A stretch of DNA of 27,030 nt from a virus. Lineage: Duplodnaviria > Caudoviricetes. Under the pieces are notes generated by a model that had not been told where the DNA came from, ran no database searches, and worked only from the letters and a program-made list of their open reading frames with translations. Positions 1-8,944 of the stretch are shown piece by piece. How positions within the stretch are numbered: position 1 is the stretch's first letter; each line of letters begins with the position of its first letter. The stretch spans positions 1-27,030 of IMG/VR virus record IMGVR_UViG_3300046705_000067; one strand, given 5' to 3'. The translations under genes and the position numbers were made by a program.

Positions 1-1
1 T

Positions 2-718
2 CATTGCGCCATCTATAGTCTTGGCTCGGTCAGCGATCAATGAGTCAGGCAACACTTCTTCCATAGCTTCCAGCAGTGATTCAGCACTCTGTGAAGTGTT
101 TATAAGTGAGTCATCTAAATAGATACCAGCCGCTGCTAATTGTCTAAACCTTACAACTCCAAGACTTCCTTCTGCATCCACGCTTCTAAGGATGTCCACA
201 ATCGAATCAAAGCTAGCCCCAGCCGGAATGGTTGCCTTTGCCACGGTCTCAGCACCAGAGGACACCCTATCAAGCGATATGCCCATACCCTGCAAGGCTG
301 CGGTAGTAGCAAGTATGTCCTGACGCTGGAACAATGTACCACGCTCAGAGCGCACGAAAGCCACTGTACGGCGCATTACCTCGTCAACGTCCTCTATACT
401 CGCACCAAAGCCAATCATGCTCGCTCGGGCGTTCTCAACGGCCCGTACTTGGTCGAACGATGCTTTAATCATCGCCCCAATGCCAAACGTTCCGGTCGTA
501 CCAACAGCTATTGCAGCTCTCAGAACTCCACCAAGAGAGTCGGCTACATTGCCAAAAGCGCCACCAAGCTCTTGTGCAGCACCGCCCATCCTCTTGGTAA
601 AGCTTCTCTCGATGTTACGACCAGTCTGATCAGCAATCTTATCAGCTTCTTTGGCTGACTTTCTTAGATCACCAGTATTTATGACTGCATCATATTCAAT
701 TGTTCCTACGGTATCCAT
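2..718 (-). CDS. Tail tape measure protein, N-terminal part (runs off the left edge)
   Basis: Not in the ORF track. ATG at 718 overlaps the upstream stop (TAATG). Manual translation MDTVGTIEYDAVINTGDLRKSAKEADK... is open to the edge, Ala/Gly-rich and helical, and follows the tail chaperones. Confidence 0.9.
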   Translation of the reverse strand, partial: MDTVGTIEYDAVINTGDLRKSAKEADKIADQTGRNIERSFTKRMGGAAQELGGAFGNVADSLGGVLRAAIAVGTTGTFGIGAMIKASFDQVRAVENARASMIGFGASIEDVDEVMRRTVAFVRSERGTLFQRQDILATTAALQGMGISLDRVSSGAETVAKATIPAGASFDSIVDILRSVDAEGSLGVVRFRQLAAAGIYLDDSLINTSQSAESLLEAMEEVLPDSLIADRAKTIDGAM

Positions 719-1077
719 TAGTTAACCCTCATAGCTTTTATAAATGATGCTATACCCTTTTTAAATGCGGCGGCTGGCTTCTTGGATTGTGCAGCAGCAG
801 CAGCGATAAACGAACCATGAGCCATATCTGCTGCTTTTGAGAACCATACCTTACGAGCAGCATCGAGTAAGTACTTAGCAGTAGAAAGATCAATCTCATT
901 GTCAAGGATTGCTCTTATGCCTTCATAACCAAAGTAGTAACCAAACTCAGCAATAAACATCCATTCATTGTCAAGCTCTACCTTACCAGCCTCGGCGCGT
1001 TTCTTTGCCTGGGATGCCTTTGCAATTTGCTCAGCGGTAAGCTTTAGGGGGTTACTCTGGTTTTTCTTGGGTCTCAT
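718..1077 (-). CDS. Tail assembly chaperone, second (T-like) ORF
   Basis: Lies directly before the tape measure and overlaps the G-like ORF by 26 nt. Call is based on synteny. Confidence 0.7.
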   Translation of the reverse strand: MRPKKNQSNPLKLTAEQIAKASQAKKRAEAGKVELDNEWMFIAEFGYYFGYEGIRAILDNEIDLSTAKYLLDAARKVWFSKAADMAHGSFIAAAAAQSKKPAAAFKKGIASFIKAMRVN

Positions 1078-1417
1078 CTAATACAACTTGTTCTTCCTTA
1101 AAGATAGTGTCGTATACTTCTTTCAGCTCATCGTTTGACAGACTAGACACAAGCTCACGTGATTTACGGCCATCACCGCCATCGTCGAACGTTCCAGCAA
1201 GCACATTAAATACTTTGTTTGCTAGCTCAAGTGCTTTGTCGTCATCTGCATCTGTTGATTTTTCAGCCTTGGCTTTTTTCTCTAGCTTCTTCATCTCTCT
1301 GTAGGCTTGAGATAATGCAAGCTCCTCACCAGCTCCTAAACGACGTACGGTATATTCGTGGTCATCAATGAGAACTTTCTTGCGTGCCTTCAGCTGGTTG
1401 GTTTTAATTTGTAGCAT
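1052..1417 (-). CDS. Tail assembly chaperone (G-like), 121 aa
   Basis: Start re-assigned to MLQIKTNQ (ATG 1417, SD GAAAGGGG). Lies between the major tail gene and the tape measure. Confidence 0.8.
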   Translation of the reverse strand: MLQIKTNQLKARKKVLIDDHEYTVRRLGAGEELALSQAYREMKKLEKKAKAEKSTDADDDKALELANKVFNVLAGTFDDGGDGRKSRELVSSLSNDELKEVYDTIFKEEQVVLDETQEKPE

Positions 1418-1418
1418 A

Positions 1419-1466
1419 ATACCCCTTTCATGTAATACTATTACTAGTTTAGCATAAAAGGGGTAT
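1419..1466 (-). promoter_or_regulatory. 14-bp hairpin sequestering the chaperone RBS, with an extended -10 inside it
   Basis: mRNA AUACCCCUUUUAUG pairs with CAUGAAAGGGGUAU (one G-U). TGcTAAACT at 1454-1446. Confidence 0.65.
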
Positions 1467-1481
1467 ATAACAGGGGCAGAG

Positions 1482-2039
1482 CTAGCTTGTAACAGGAACT
1501 GTCTGTTCAGTCTCAGCGTCCCAGATGCTTTCCTGAGTAACATCACCAGAACCAAGTCGAGCAATGTTGCCATCCTCGTCAGGGTTAGCGAAGAATGTCA
1601 ACTCAACGGTCAAGTCTTCGTCAGCAGTGTAGTTCAGCTCGAAGTTGATCTGCAACACTGCGTTGTAGAAGAATACGTCGTTGTTGTCGTTGTCTTCACA
1701 TTCGAAGTGGATGTTGAGTGGGCCAGCATCGATGGTAGCAGAACAGCTGTTTGAGCCGAAGACCATGTTACCACCTGATGTCTCAGGGTCTGTTGGTGCT
1801 GTGTAGCGGCTGCGTACAAAGTTTGCACCAAGCCAGTCCATACTAGGCACGTACATAGTAGCCGTTGCCTGTGCTTCCTCAAAGATACCACTACCCTTGT
1901 TGAAAGTACCACCTAGGGTAGTTCGCTCTCGGGTTCCTTCGGTGAGCGTGACAGTCATCTCACTCAGCAAAGTACTTGGTACAGTGAAATCACGGAATGC
2001 AAGACTAGCAGGGCCGCCCAGCGTTGTTGTGTTGTTCAT
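1482..2039 (-). CDS. Major tail (tube) protein
   Basis: 185 aa, acidic, Thr/Gly-rich and beta-type. Lies after the neck genes and before the chaperones. Confidence 0.8.
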   Translation of the reverse strand: MNNTTTLGGPASLAFRDFTVPSTLLSEMTVTLTEGTRERTTLGGTFNKGSGIFEEAQATATMYVPSMDWLGANFVRSRYTAPTDPETSGGNMVFGSNSCSATIDAGPLNIHFECEDNDNNDVFFYNAVLQINFELNYTADEDLTVELTFFANPDEDGNIARLGSGDVTQESIWDAETEQTVPVTS

Positions 2040-2041
2040 AT

Positions 2042-2446
2042 CTATAAACCTTCCTTCTTATATCTTACCTGTGCAGCTAGCCTAAATATGACCCTGTCAT
2101 TTTCATCCATTCCTAGATTCTCGACATTGCCTGTAGGCGTTACTTGCACAGATATGTATTGTTTGTTGCTTTTTCCTGGCACTATGGGTAGATCACATAT
2201 TACGTAGTTCTCTATCATAAACTGCCATATTTTCTCTAGTTTGTCAGCTCCCAGTAAATCACTTGTACCTCGAGAATACAGATCAAATATCTGTACAGCT
2301 CTATTGCGTCCAGCAACTAACTCGCCACCGCGGGCAAAGATTGCAACTCCATGCTTGCCGAGTGGCAACTTTTCCCAAAATAGATCAGTGTCTATTGTTC
2401 CAAAGCCATCATCTTCAAGCTTTTGCAGCATATGCAGTGTAATCAT
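2042..2446 (-). CDS. Tail terminator / tail completion protein
   Basis: 134 aa directly before the major tail gene. C-terminal LGMDENDRVIF resembles terminator-type proteins. Confidence 0.65.
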   Translation of the reverse strand: MITLHMLQKLEDDGFGTIDTDLFWEKLPLGKHGVAIFARGGELVAGRNRAVQIFDLYSRGTSDLLGADKLEKIWQFMIENYVICDLPIVPGKSNKQYISVQVTPTGNVENLGMDENDRVIFRLAAQVRYKKEGL

Positions 2447-2447
2447 G

Positions 2448-2771
2448 CTATACCCTCAAGTAACGTTTAATGTTTCTGGATGCAGCGTCACCAGCTCTTT
2501 CAAGATAGCGAAGGGTTTGTGGGTTCTTACGGTTCTCATAGTGTCGCCTACGTGCGTATGGCACCTGTCTATCGCCGTAACGCACTGCGTAGTGCGCCAA
2601 TCCCTTCCTTACAATCCTTCCGCTCTTTACAAGCGACCTGGTGAGCTTAGGAGCTAGTATCTGTGAGGTTCTGTGCACGTCAGTCACAAGGGCGAGCATC
2701 GACTTGTCAAAATCAACCTCTTTGCCATCTACCCATTGGTTTATTCGAGAGGTAAATCGGTACCTTGCCAT
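2448..2771 (-). CDS. Neck protein, HK97 gp10 / minor capsid-like
   Basis: Basic 107 aa with AP..T..L..S and PYARRRHYE...YLERA motifs. Synteny fits. Confidence 0.7.
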   Translation of the reverse strand: MARYRFTSRINQWVDGKEVDFDKSMLALVTDVHRTSQILAPKLTRSLVKSGRIVRKGLAHYAVRYGDRQVPYARRRHYENRKNPQTLRYLERAGDAASRNIKRYLRV

Positions 2772-3130
2772 GTTGCAATGTCCTCTCTCTTTAAAACCAG
2801 CCTGTAGAAGTCAAGATACTGCAGATCGAAGTCATACCCATCTACCTGGTTGATAATACGATAGGTCTGGGTTGCGTCACTACCTCTAGCAACGCGTATC
2901 CCATGGCCTACCATATTCCCTTCCAGTGTATCCACAAATGACTCAGTTGGGTGGACATGTATAGAGGCGTCAGAAGTGTACTGCTCAAGGTTATCTAGCT
3001 GCGTCATTCCATCACGAAGCTTGAATATGCCCATTGCGCTTACGGTGCTACTAATAGTGTTACCTTCAACGCCTTGGTCTATAAACAAGAACTCGTAAGG
3101 TTCGCTAGCAAATACATCCCACACGGCCAT
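2741..3130 (-). CDS. Head closure / head-tail adaptor protein
   Basis: Start re-assigned to MAVWDVF (ATG 3130, SD GGGGAG). Follows the connector gene. Confidence 0.6.
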   Translation of the reverse strand: MAVWDVFASEPYEFLFIDQGVEGNTISSTVSAMGIFKLRDGMTQLDNLEQYTSDASIHVHPTESFVDTLEGNMVGHGIRVARGSDATQTYRIINQVDGYDFDLQYLDFYRLVLKREDIATWQGTDLPLE

Positions 3131-3713
3131 GAGCAATCTCCCCCATATTACACATACTGTACTTCTGTAACGTTCGACTATTATCGCGTCCAAACTGTTC
3201 AATAGTAGTAGTATCTGCGTATGTTACACTAAAGTCTTCTATACGTTTCGTTCGTACACGTCCATCTGTCACCTGGCTAGTCGTATTGAGTGCAAACAAC
3301 TTAGCGAGAAGTAGAGCAAGGTCGCCTGGTAGCTCGGTAAAGCCCCAATCTGCCGTCACTTCTACTTCACGCGTCGTGTCACACCGCTTACAACCTCTTG
3401 TCCTAGGTGGGCAATCGTAAATGCGTAGAACGTTATACCAGTCTGCATTGGTTCTATCCCATTGCTTCGGTGTAGCTTCTACTGCCTCACCATCGACCGT
3501 TACCAGGTCAACACTAGTGAATATATCTACAAATGCCGACCTATTGCCGTCCACAAGGTCATACGTCCTTGTTTCTGTGACTTCTTCAAGCGTCGTACAA
3601 AGCATGTCTTCCAACTGTTGCTGTGCTATTTCAAGGTACAAAGATAGATTTTCTATCTCATTAGGTGTTAGGGGGCGCCCTAACAACGCTTCTAATTGTT
3701 CTTGTGTTAGCAT
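3105..3713 (-). CDS. Head-tail connector (adaptor) protein
   Basis: Directly after the capsid gene. Contains VEVTADWGFTELPGDL and KRIEDFSVTY adaptor-type motifs. Start is 3713 or 3725. Confidence 0.75.
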   Translation of the reverse strand: MLTQEQLEALLGRPLTPNEIENLSLYLEIAQQQLEDMLCTTLEEVTETRTYDLVDGNRSAFVDIFTSVDLVTVDGEAVEATPKQWDRTNADWYNVLRIYDCPPRTRGCKRCDTTREVEVTADWGFTELPGDLALLLAKLFALNTTSQVTDGRVRTKRIEDFSVTYADTTTIEQFGRDNSRTLQKYSMCNMGEIAHGRVGCIC

Positions 3714-3734
3714 ATATGCCCCCATTATCCTTTA

Positions 3735-5648
3735 CTAAGAAGTTGCGTCTGAGCGTACAACAGCGAATGCACCAGCAGCTGAAGCATCAGAGATACCAGC
3801 TTCCATACGTACAACAGCACGTAGAGCGCTAGAGTCACCGGTGAACAAGTTGATGTTGCCAACCATTGCTTGGTTGCTTGTCGTAAGCTGTAGGCCACCC
3901 TTAGTAACGAGGTAGTACTTGCTCCAGTCACCAACGATGATGTCGCTAGTAGGGATCTCGTCACTTGTTACTACTGAGTAGTTGCCAGCAATACCAAGGT
4001 TCAGCATTCCACCAGTACCCTGGAAGATCAAGTCACCGTTAGTGTTGCGTAGGCCTGCAAGCTCAAACAACTTAGAGCTGTTCATTGCGAAGGTTACGTT
4101 ACCACGGTCACAGCTTCGGAGGCCACCAACAGCGGCGAGGATTTGGTTGAACAGGCTGTTGCCATTCCCAGCTTCGTATGTGTAAACCTGGCTAGGTGCA
4201 ACCTTAGTCAAGATACCTTGGTCTGGGTAAACAGTACCAGCAACGGTTACAGTTGCGAAGGTAGTCAACAGTTCGTCTTCAAGAGCTGCTTCAGCTTGTG
4301 CGAAGTTGCGTACGAACAAGTCGTAGAGTGCAACAGCAGCGTCTTCAAGAACGTGGTCGTTCCAGACACGGATACATGCGAATGGCTTAGGGTTGATTGT
4401 GAGTGAGCTAAAGTCAGTGTCACACTCTTCCTTAGTACCGTCAAAACCAACTGGGGCTAGGCGAGTTTCACCATCTTCAACGATAAGGCGAAGGTTTGGT
4501 GATTCTGTAAGACTGATGCGGTTAGCGAGAGAACCAAGGTTACCGTAGTCACCGTAGCAAGTCTCTACATCGCGCCAGAGCTGCTCACACAAGTAAAGTG
4601 GGTTGCCTTCTTCGTATGTGAGTGCTTTGCTTTTAATAGCCTTAGACGCAACACCGTAGTGCTCGTCAATTTTCTGTGCTCGCTCGTTTAGCTCGCGTAC
4701 TTTTTCCCAGTTCTTCTGGTTGTAAGCAGCAATTTGCTTAACAACAAGAATTTTGTGTTCGTTCTTGTCAACTTTCTTTTCTACACGTGCAGTCTCAACT
4801 TCGCTTGCCTTTTGACCAGCAGCTTTTGAAGCGAGCGCTTTGCTTTCAACTTCAGTCATATCTTCCTCTGTCTCTTCTTTAGTTGTTTCTTCTTTTTCCA
4901 CTACCTCGGTTGCTTCAACTTCTTCTTCAACCTCTTCCTCAGCAACTGCTTCGGTTTTGGTCTCTTCAGTAGTCTCTACTTCCTCGGTTTCTTTCTCTGT
5001 AGCTTCCACCTCAGTTGTTTCAGTAGATTCAACAGTTTCTGTCTTCTCTGCTTCTTCAATATCTTTGGTGAGGGCTTCGAGAGCTGCGTACTTTTCGGCT
5101 AGAGTGGTTTCTTGCTTTTTAGCTTCTGCCATCTGCTTCTCCTTAAGTAGGGATTTACTAACAGCGAGTAGTCGTGCGTTTCTGTTGCTTCCCTTAAACA
5201 CGAGAGATATTTCGATTACTTCCCCATTACGAAGTTCAAAGTCGGTACCTATCTCATAGTCACTGATCGTGATAGAGAATGCGTTGCCTAAGTGTCCTTC
5301 ATCCAGGAGGGTAAACATATCTTGTGCCTTAGGAAGGCTAGAGACGCCAAATGTTACTTCTAGTTCACCAGCGTCATTGATGACAGCTGAGCGAGCAGAA
5401 CCAATAACATCTTCTACTGCAAACGAATGGTTGATCAGAAAGGGAATGTCGAGTTCTTCATTACCAGTAAGGTCTTTTGCGTAAATCCAGCCACCAGCTT
5501 TTAGTGGAAGGCGCAGAGACTCGGTATTGATAACATCGTAGTCCCTATCAACAGTCGGAGCAGTAACTACAGCGCGGACAGTCTTTTCACCTACTATCGC
5601 CACGTCTTTGAACAAGAACTTGGCGCTTTTAGTAAGTTTTTGTCCCAT
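3735..5648 (-). CDS. Prohead protease - acidic scaffold - HK97-fold major capsid fusion
   Basis: N-term VDRDYDVI / PFLINH / FSI / EISLV..N is an HK97-type protease. A Glu/Thr-rich linker follows. C-term has IIVGDWSKY and LRAVVRM capsid motifs. Confidence 0.9.
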   Translation of the reverse strand: MGQKLTKSAKFLFKDVAIVGEKTVRAVVTAPTVDRDYDVINTESLRLPLKAGGWIYAKDLTGNEELDIPFLINHSFAVEDVIGSARSAVINDAGELEVTFGVSSLPKAQDMFTLLDEGHLGNAFSITISDYEIGTDFELRNGEVIEISLVFKGSNRNARLLAVSKSLLKEKQMAEAKKQETTLAEKYAALEALTKDIEEAEKTETVESTETTEVEATEKETEEVETTEETKTEAVAEEEVEEEVEATEVVEKEETTKEETEEDMTEVESKALASKAAGQKASEVETARVEKKVDKNEHKILVVKQIAAYNQKNWEKVRELNERAQKIDEHYGVASKAIKSKALTYEEGNPLYLCEQLWRDVETCYGDYGNLGSLANRISLTESPNLRLIVEDGETRLAPVGFDGTKEECDTDFSSLTINPKPFACIRVWNDHVLEDAAVALYDLFVRNFAQAEAALEDELLTTFATVTVAGTVYPDQGILTKVAPSQVYTYEAGNGNSLFNQILAAVGGLRSCDRGNVTFAMNSSKLFELAGLRNTNGDLIFQGTGGMLNLGIAGNYSVVTSDEIPTSDIIVGDWSKYYLVTKGGLQLTTSNQAMVGNINLFTGDSSALRAVVRMEAGISDASAAGAFAVVRSDATS

Positions 5649-5736
5649 TAGTTACCTCTTTGTTAATGTCTTAGAAGATTTTTACTGATGAGCTTAATCT
5701 CTAGTGAGCTTTTGTTGTTCTTACGTAACAACCTTC

Positions 5737-5772
5737 TACTATAATTATATCAGCTAGTAAAGTGCCCGTCAG
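5737..5772 (-). promoter_or_regulatory. Promoter of the capsid operon (extended -10)
   Basis: CTGACG-17-TATAAT with TG extension. 17/19 identical to the portal promoter. Confidence 0.6.
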
Positions 5773-5954
5773 GACTGTTTAGAGTCTGTCTCAGGGAACT
5801 TAAAGCGAATGTCCGATACTCTATCGTTTGAAACTGATTTAACCTGTACAAGCTTCTTACACTTCGAGTTAGAGCATTTAATCTCGGCTACAATAGTGCC
5901 GTAAGCTTTACCTAGGAACCTATCGCATTGATCGCATCTTATTTCTTTTTGCAT
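5769..5954 (-). CDS. Com-family zinc-ribbon regulator
   Basis: EIRCDQCDRFL...EIKCSNSKCK matches the Mu Com pattern IRCxxCxxLL...EIxCxxCK. 61 aa. Confidence 0.75.
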   Translation of the reverse strand: MQKEIRCDQCDRFLGKAYGTIVAEIKCSNSKCKKLVQVKSVSNDRVSDIRFKFPETDSKQS

Positions 5955-5957
5955 ATG

Positions 5958-6143
5958 CTATTCTTTGGAGTATTCTTTAGTGTATGGGTTTAAAATTGTT
6001 TCTTCTTGCTTCTCTTCTTTGGGTGGGTTGATTTCCATCCGTAGTAGCTCAACAGCTTGCTGTAACTTGTAGTGCACCTCGCGTGAGGCTTGTAGCTGTG
6101 ATGCTGCTTGGTCTAGTAGGTTTAGTGCTTCTTGTTTGTCCAT
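5958..6143 (-). CDS. Small coiled-coil protein (possible fibre chaperone)
   Basis: SD AAAGGAG and upstream GGTATAAT. Heptad-like helix. Follows the fibre and beta-helix genes. Confidence 0.6.
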   Translation of the reverse strand: MDKQEALNLLDQAASQLQASREVHYKLQQAVELLRMEINPPKEEKQEETILNPYTKEYSKE

Positions 6144-6167
6144 GGTTACTCCTTTGTTTTATTATAC

Positions 6168-7724
6168 CTAAAATGAAAACTCATTGACACCGTCCGATGT
6201 TACCGTGTTAGCTGATGACTTTGTATCAATGGCGGAGCCTATTGCCCTACCGAAGGCTATTGCGGCGTGGAACTCCCCAAACCCATATGTATCTGTAACT
6301 CTGGGCTTCTGGTAAAACTTATTCTTGTCAATACGGATGAGACTGGTAGACCCGAAAGCATATATCATCGAAGCATCTGAATTATTATTGCAAGCGCCAT
6401 AAACTCTGCTATTAGTTACATCAGTGTCATGCGAGTCACCTGAGATCTCCAAGAAAGCTACACCCGCATTGTCAGACGTATTGCTATCCACCTTTGTATA
6501 GTACGAGTCAAAGATGCTTATAGATCGAGGTGAGCTAATGAAACTATTATCTTTTATCACGGTATCCGTACAACGCTCTAGCCTTATTATGCTTCGTCCG
6601 TTGTATGACTTGGATAAGTCGAATGTGTTGTTAATATACCGTAGGTCTAAACAGTCCATGGTCAAGCATGTGTCAAACATTGTGCCCTCTGTATGCAGTT
6701 CGGTTACAATGTTATTAGTCACGCTGACATGATGAGGGGATGACTGTTCCATGCCATCCTTTATTATGATACCTCTCTCTACGCTGTTACCGCTAACTAT
6801 GTAGTCACTCCCACCCTGGAGTAATATCCCAGGGAGGGAGGTGACAGCGTTCTCAAAAGTGCAATTTACTATTTTTGTATTCTTTACCGAGTCAGAATAG
6901 TAGGTCGTAAGTTGTCCATTTGTCTGCGTTATAGAATTGTTAGAGAAGTAGCATGAGTCAACTACAAGACCTCGCACACCACCCGTCATAGCTAGCAGAC
7001 CAGAGTTGTCATTGTTGATGAACCTGCACGACCTAAATGTCATGTCATGCACAGGAGTAGAGACGTTATATGGCTCTATATCGACACCACAGCTAGGTAA
7101 TGCACCTGATGTGTTGCTGAAGGTAGAGTTCTCAACCACAAGATGATGAACGCCCTCAACTGACATGCCTTGACGCCGGTTATTATCACAGACTATGTTG
7201 TTGAAGTACAGATTATTCGACACTTGGCTGTTTTCGCCGCCGGACTGCTGGATATTAACACCATCTCCCCAGCAATCAATAAACTTTGTTCCATACACGG
7301 CCACGTCGTTAGAGGCCGTAATAGCTAAACCATAACCCCATTCGCCAGTCTCTCCAGTGTGTTCGTCTCTCTCCCCCTGTATTTTGCCGCCGTAGATGCT
7401 TACGTTGTTCTTCATATAGCATCGCAATACAACGTACTTGGTGTCAGAGTTAGGTATGGATTTTAGGGTGGCACCGTGCATTACTAAGGCGATGTTATCC
7501 ATAAGTTCTATACCTCCTTCGTCATGAAGAAAAGTAGTTGTAGCATCTGGATCATCAGCTTTAACCATATATGTGCCAGGAGGTATGGCGACTACTCCAC
7601 CACCTAAAGAGTTCTGGTACTCTATGGCATTGTTAATGGCGTCGGTGTCATCAGTTGCGCCGTCGCCAACTGCGCCGAAGTCTTTCACGTTCGTGAAGTA
7701 GTTAGTCTGGGTGTCGGGGGGCAT
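6168..7724 (-). CDS. Pectate-lyase-like right-handed beta-helix protein (putative depolymerase/spike)
   Basis: NVKDFGAVGDGATDDTDAINNAI N-terminal motif, CDNNRRQGMS, GVDIEP, and Asn ladders. Confidence 0.85.
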   Translation of the reverse strand: MPPDTQTNYFTNVKDFGAVGDGATDDTDAINNAIEYQNSLGGGVVAIPPGTYMVKADDPDATTTFLHDEGGIELMDNIALVMHGATLKSIPNSDTKYVVLRCYMKNNVSIYGGKIQGERDEHTGETGEWGYGLAITASNDVAVYGTKFIDCWGDGVNIQQSGGENSQVSNNLYFNNIVCDNNRRQGMSVEGVHHLVVENSTFSNTSGALPSCGVDIEPYNVSTPVHDMTFRSCRFINNDNSGLLAMTGGVRGLVVDSCYFSNNSITQTNGQLTTYYSDSVKNTKIVNCTFENAVTSLPGILLQGGSDYIVSGNSVERGIIIKDGMEQSSPHHVSVTNNIVTELHTEGTMFDTCLTMDCLDLRYINNTFDLSKSYNGRSIIRLERCTDTVIKDNSFISSPRSISIFDSYYTKVDSNTSDNAGVAFLEISGDSHDTDVTNSRVYGACNNNSDASMIYAFGSTSLIRIDKNKFYQKPRVTDTYGFGEFHAAIAFGRAIGSAIDTKSSANTVTSDGVNEFSF

Positions 7725-7725
7725 G

Positions 7726-8934
7726 TTAGCTCGCCTGGAGGGCGTTAACTATATCTTCAGTTGTAGCCGTTGCGGGTACGAGAGCATCTATAGCTGTTCG
7801 CTGTGCTGCTGTAAGGCGTGAGTTTAGTTGTGTCAGATTAACAGCATCCGTTCCATCGGTGCCGTCCGCAAGATTAGTAATCTTGTTTGTCTGCATGTGG
7901 AGTGGAAGAAATATGTTAACGTTAGACGTGATAGATAGCCTTTGTGCTTGAACGCCCGCTCGATAGGTCGAAAATGTTGCAGTGCTGCTTTCTGCTCCAG
8001 CAGTAATAGCTGATAGCTGAGTAGTGATTTGGAGCGACCGTATATTGGCGCTAGCGTCATTGCGAAGAGTAGTGTACCAGTTCATCTGGTTGCTAGTGCT
8101 TGCTGCTCTTGTATTGCGAAAGACAAAATCGGCAAAGGTCGATGCAGAGTCAGTAGTTACCACAAACGGAGTATTGCTCGTACTGCTTATAGTAAGTGTT
8201 CCGTTGATTGTTCCACCAGTAGTATTTAGCTTCGTATCAAGTTGTTGCCTATTAACCGCGTCTCGTGGATCAGTGCCATCAGCTAGGTTTACGACCTTTT
8301 GCTCGCTCATATGGAGGGGTACAGATGACGTAATCTGTGTGCCAGTTAGTGTCAGGTTAGTCGTACCGTTGGCTATCAACTGATATGGGTGGTTACTAAC
8401 TGTGCCCGCAGATAACTCAGTGCCAGAAGTTGGGTTCCACTCTGTCTGTACACTACCAGCTTCAACAGTAATAGCTCCAGCTACGGCTAAAGGAGCCATC
8501 GGGTTTGTAACGCCAATTCCAACATTACCTATCGAATCGATTACGACATATGGATTACCATTAGACATTATCTGTACTGTCTGAGCTGTGGTAGCACCGA
8601 AGGATAGTGTACTAGTAGATGCATTGCCACCGATAAGCAGAACATCGTCTGTATCAGCCTTAGCATTGAGAGCATTCTGTAGGTCGGTTTGGTTTGTTAT
8701 ACTTCCTGTTATATCTCCCCATACAGCGCTTCCAGGTGCGCCGCCATCGCCTCCAAGGTTTGGCATGCCAGCAAAGAGCGCATCAATAAAGCGTTTACCG
8801 TCTGTGATGCGTACGTTCGTATATTCAGTTGGTGGGGCATTTCCCTGTAATGGCGAGCCTCCAGGTGGCGATACCAAAAAACGCCTGCCATCGGTCAGCC
8901 TCATGTTTTCATATTCTGTTGCTGGATCGTTCAT
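7726..8934 (-). CDS. Virion fibre protein with YadA-like neck motifs
   Basis: WGDITGSITNQTDLQNALNAKA, GNVGIG, and two NLADGTDxxDAVNxxQL motifs. SD AAGGAG. Confidence 0.75.
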   Translation of the reverse strand: MNDPATEYENMRLTDGRRFLVSPPGGSPLQGNAPPTEYTNVRITDGKRFIDALFAGMPNLGGDGGAPGSAVWGDITGSITNQTDLQNALNAKADTDDVLLIGGNASTSTLSFGATTAQTVQIMSNGNPYVVIDSIGNVGIGVTNPMAPLAVAGAITVEAGSVQTEWNPTSGTELSAGTVSNHPYQLIANGTTNLTLTGTQITSSVPLHMSEQKVVNLADGTDPRDAVNRQQLDTKLNTTGGTINGTLTISSTSNTPFVVTTDSASTFADFVFRNTRAASTSNQMNWYTTLRNDASANIRSLQITTQLSAITAGAESSTATFSTYRAGVQAQRLSITSNVNIFLPLHMQTNKITNLADGTDGTDAVNLTQLNSRLTAAQRTAIDALVPATATTEDIVNALQAS

Positions 8935-8944
8935 ATTACTCCTT

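Noticed and set aside
1052-1077. Canonical -1 slippery frameshift
   Set aside because: The downstream ORF is in the +1/-2 frame, so a -1 shift cannot join the two ORFs.
3725-3964. Alternate-frame ORF at the capsid 3' end as a frameshift extension
   Set aside because: It ends only 10 nt past the capsid stop, and I saw no slippery site.
4860-5060. Low-complexity GAA/ACT-rich repeat
   Set aside because: It is explained by the Glu/Thr-rich scaffold linker of the capsid fusion.
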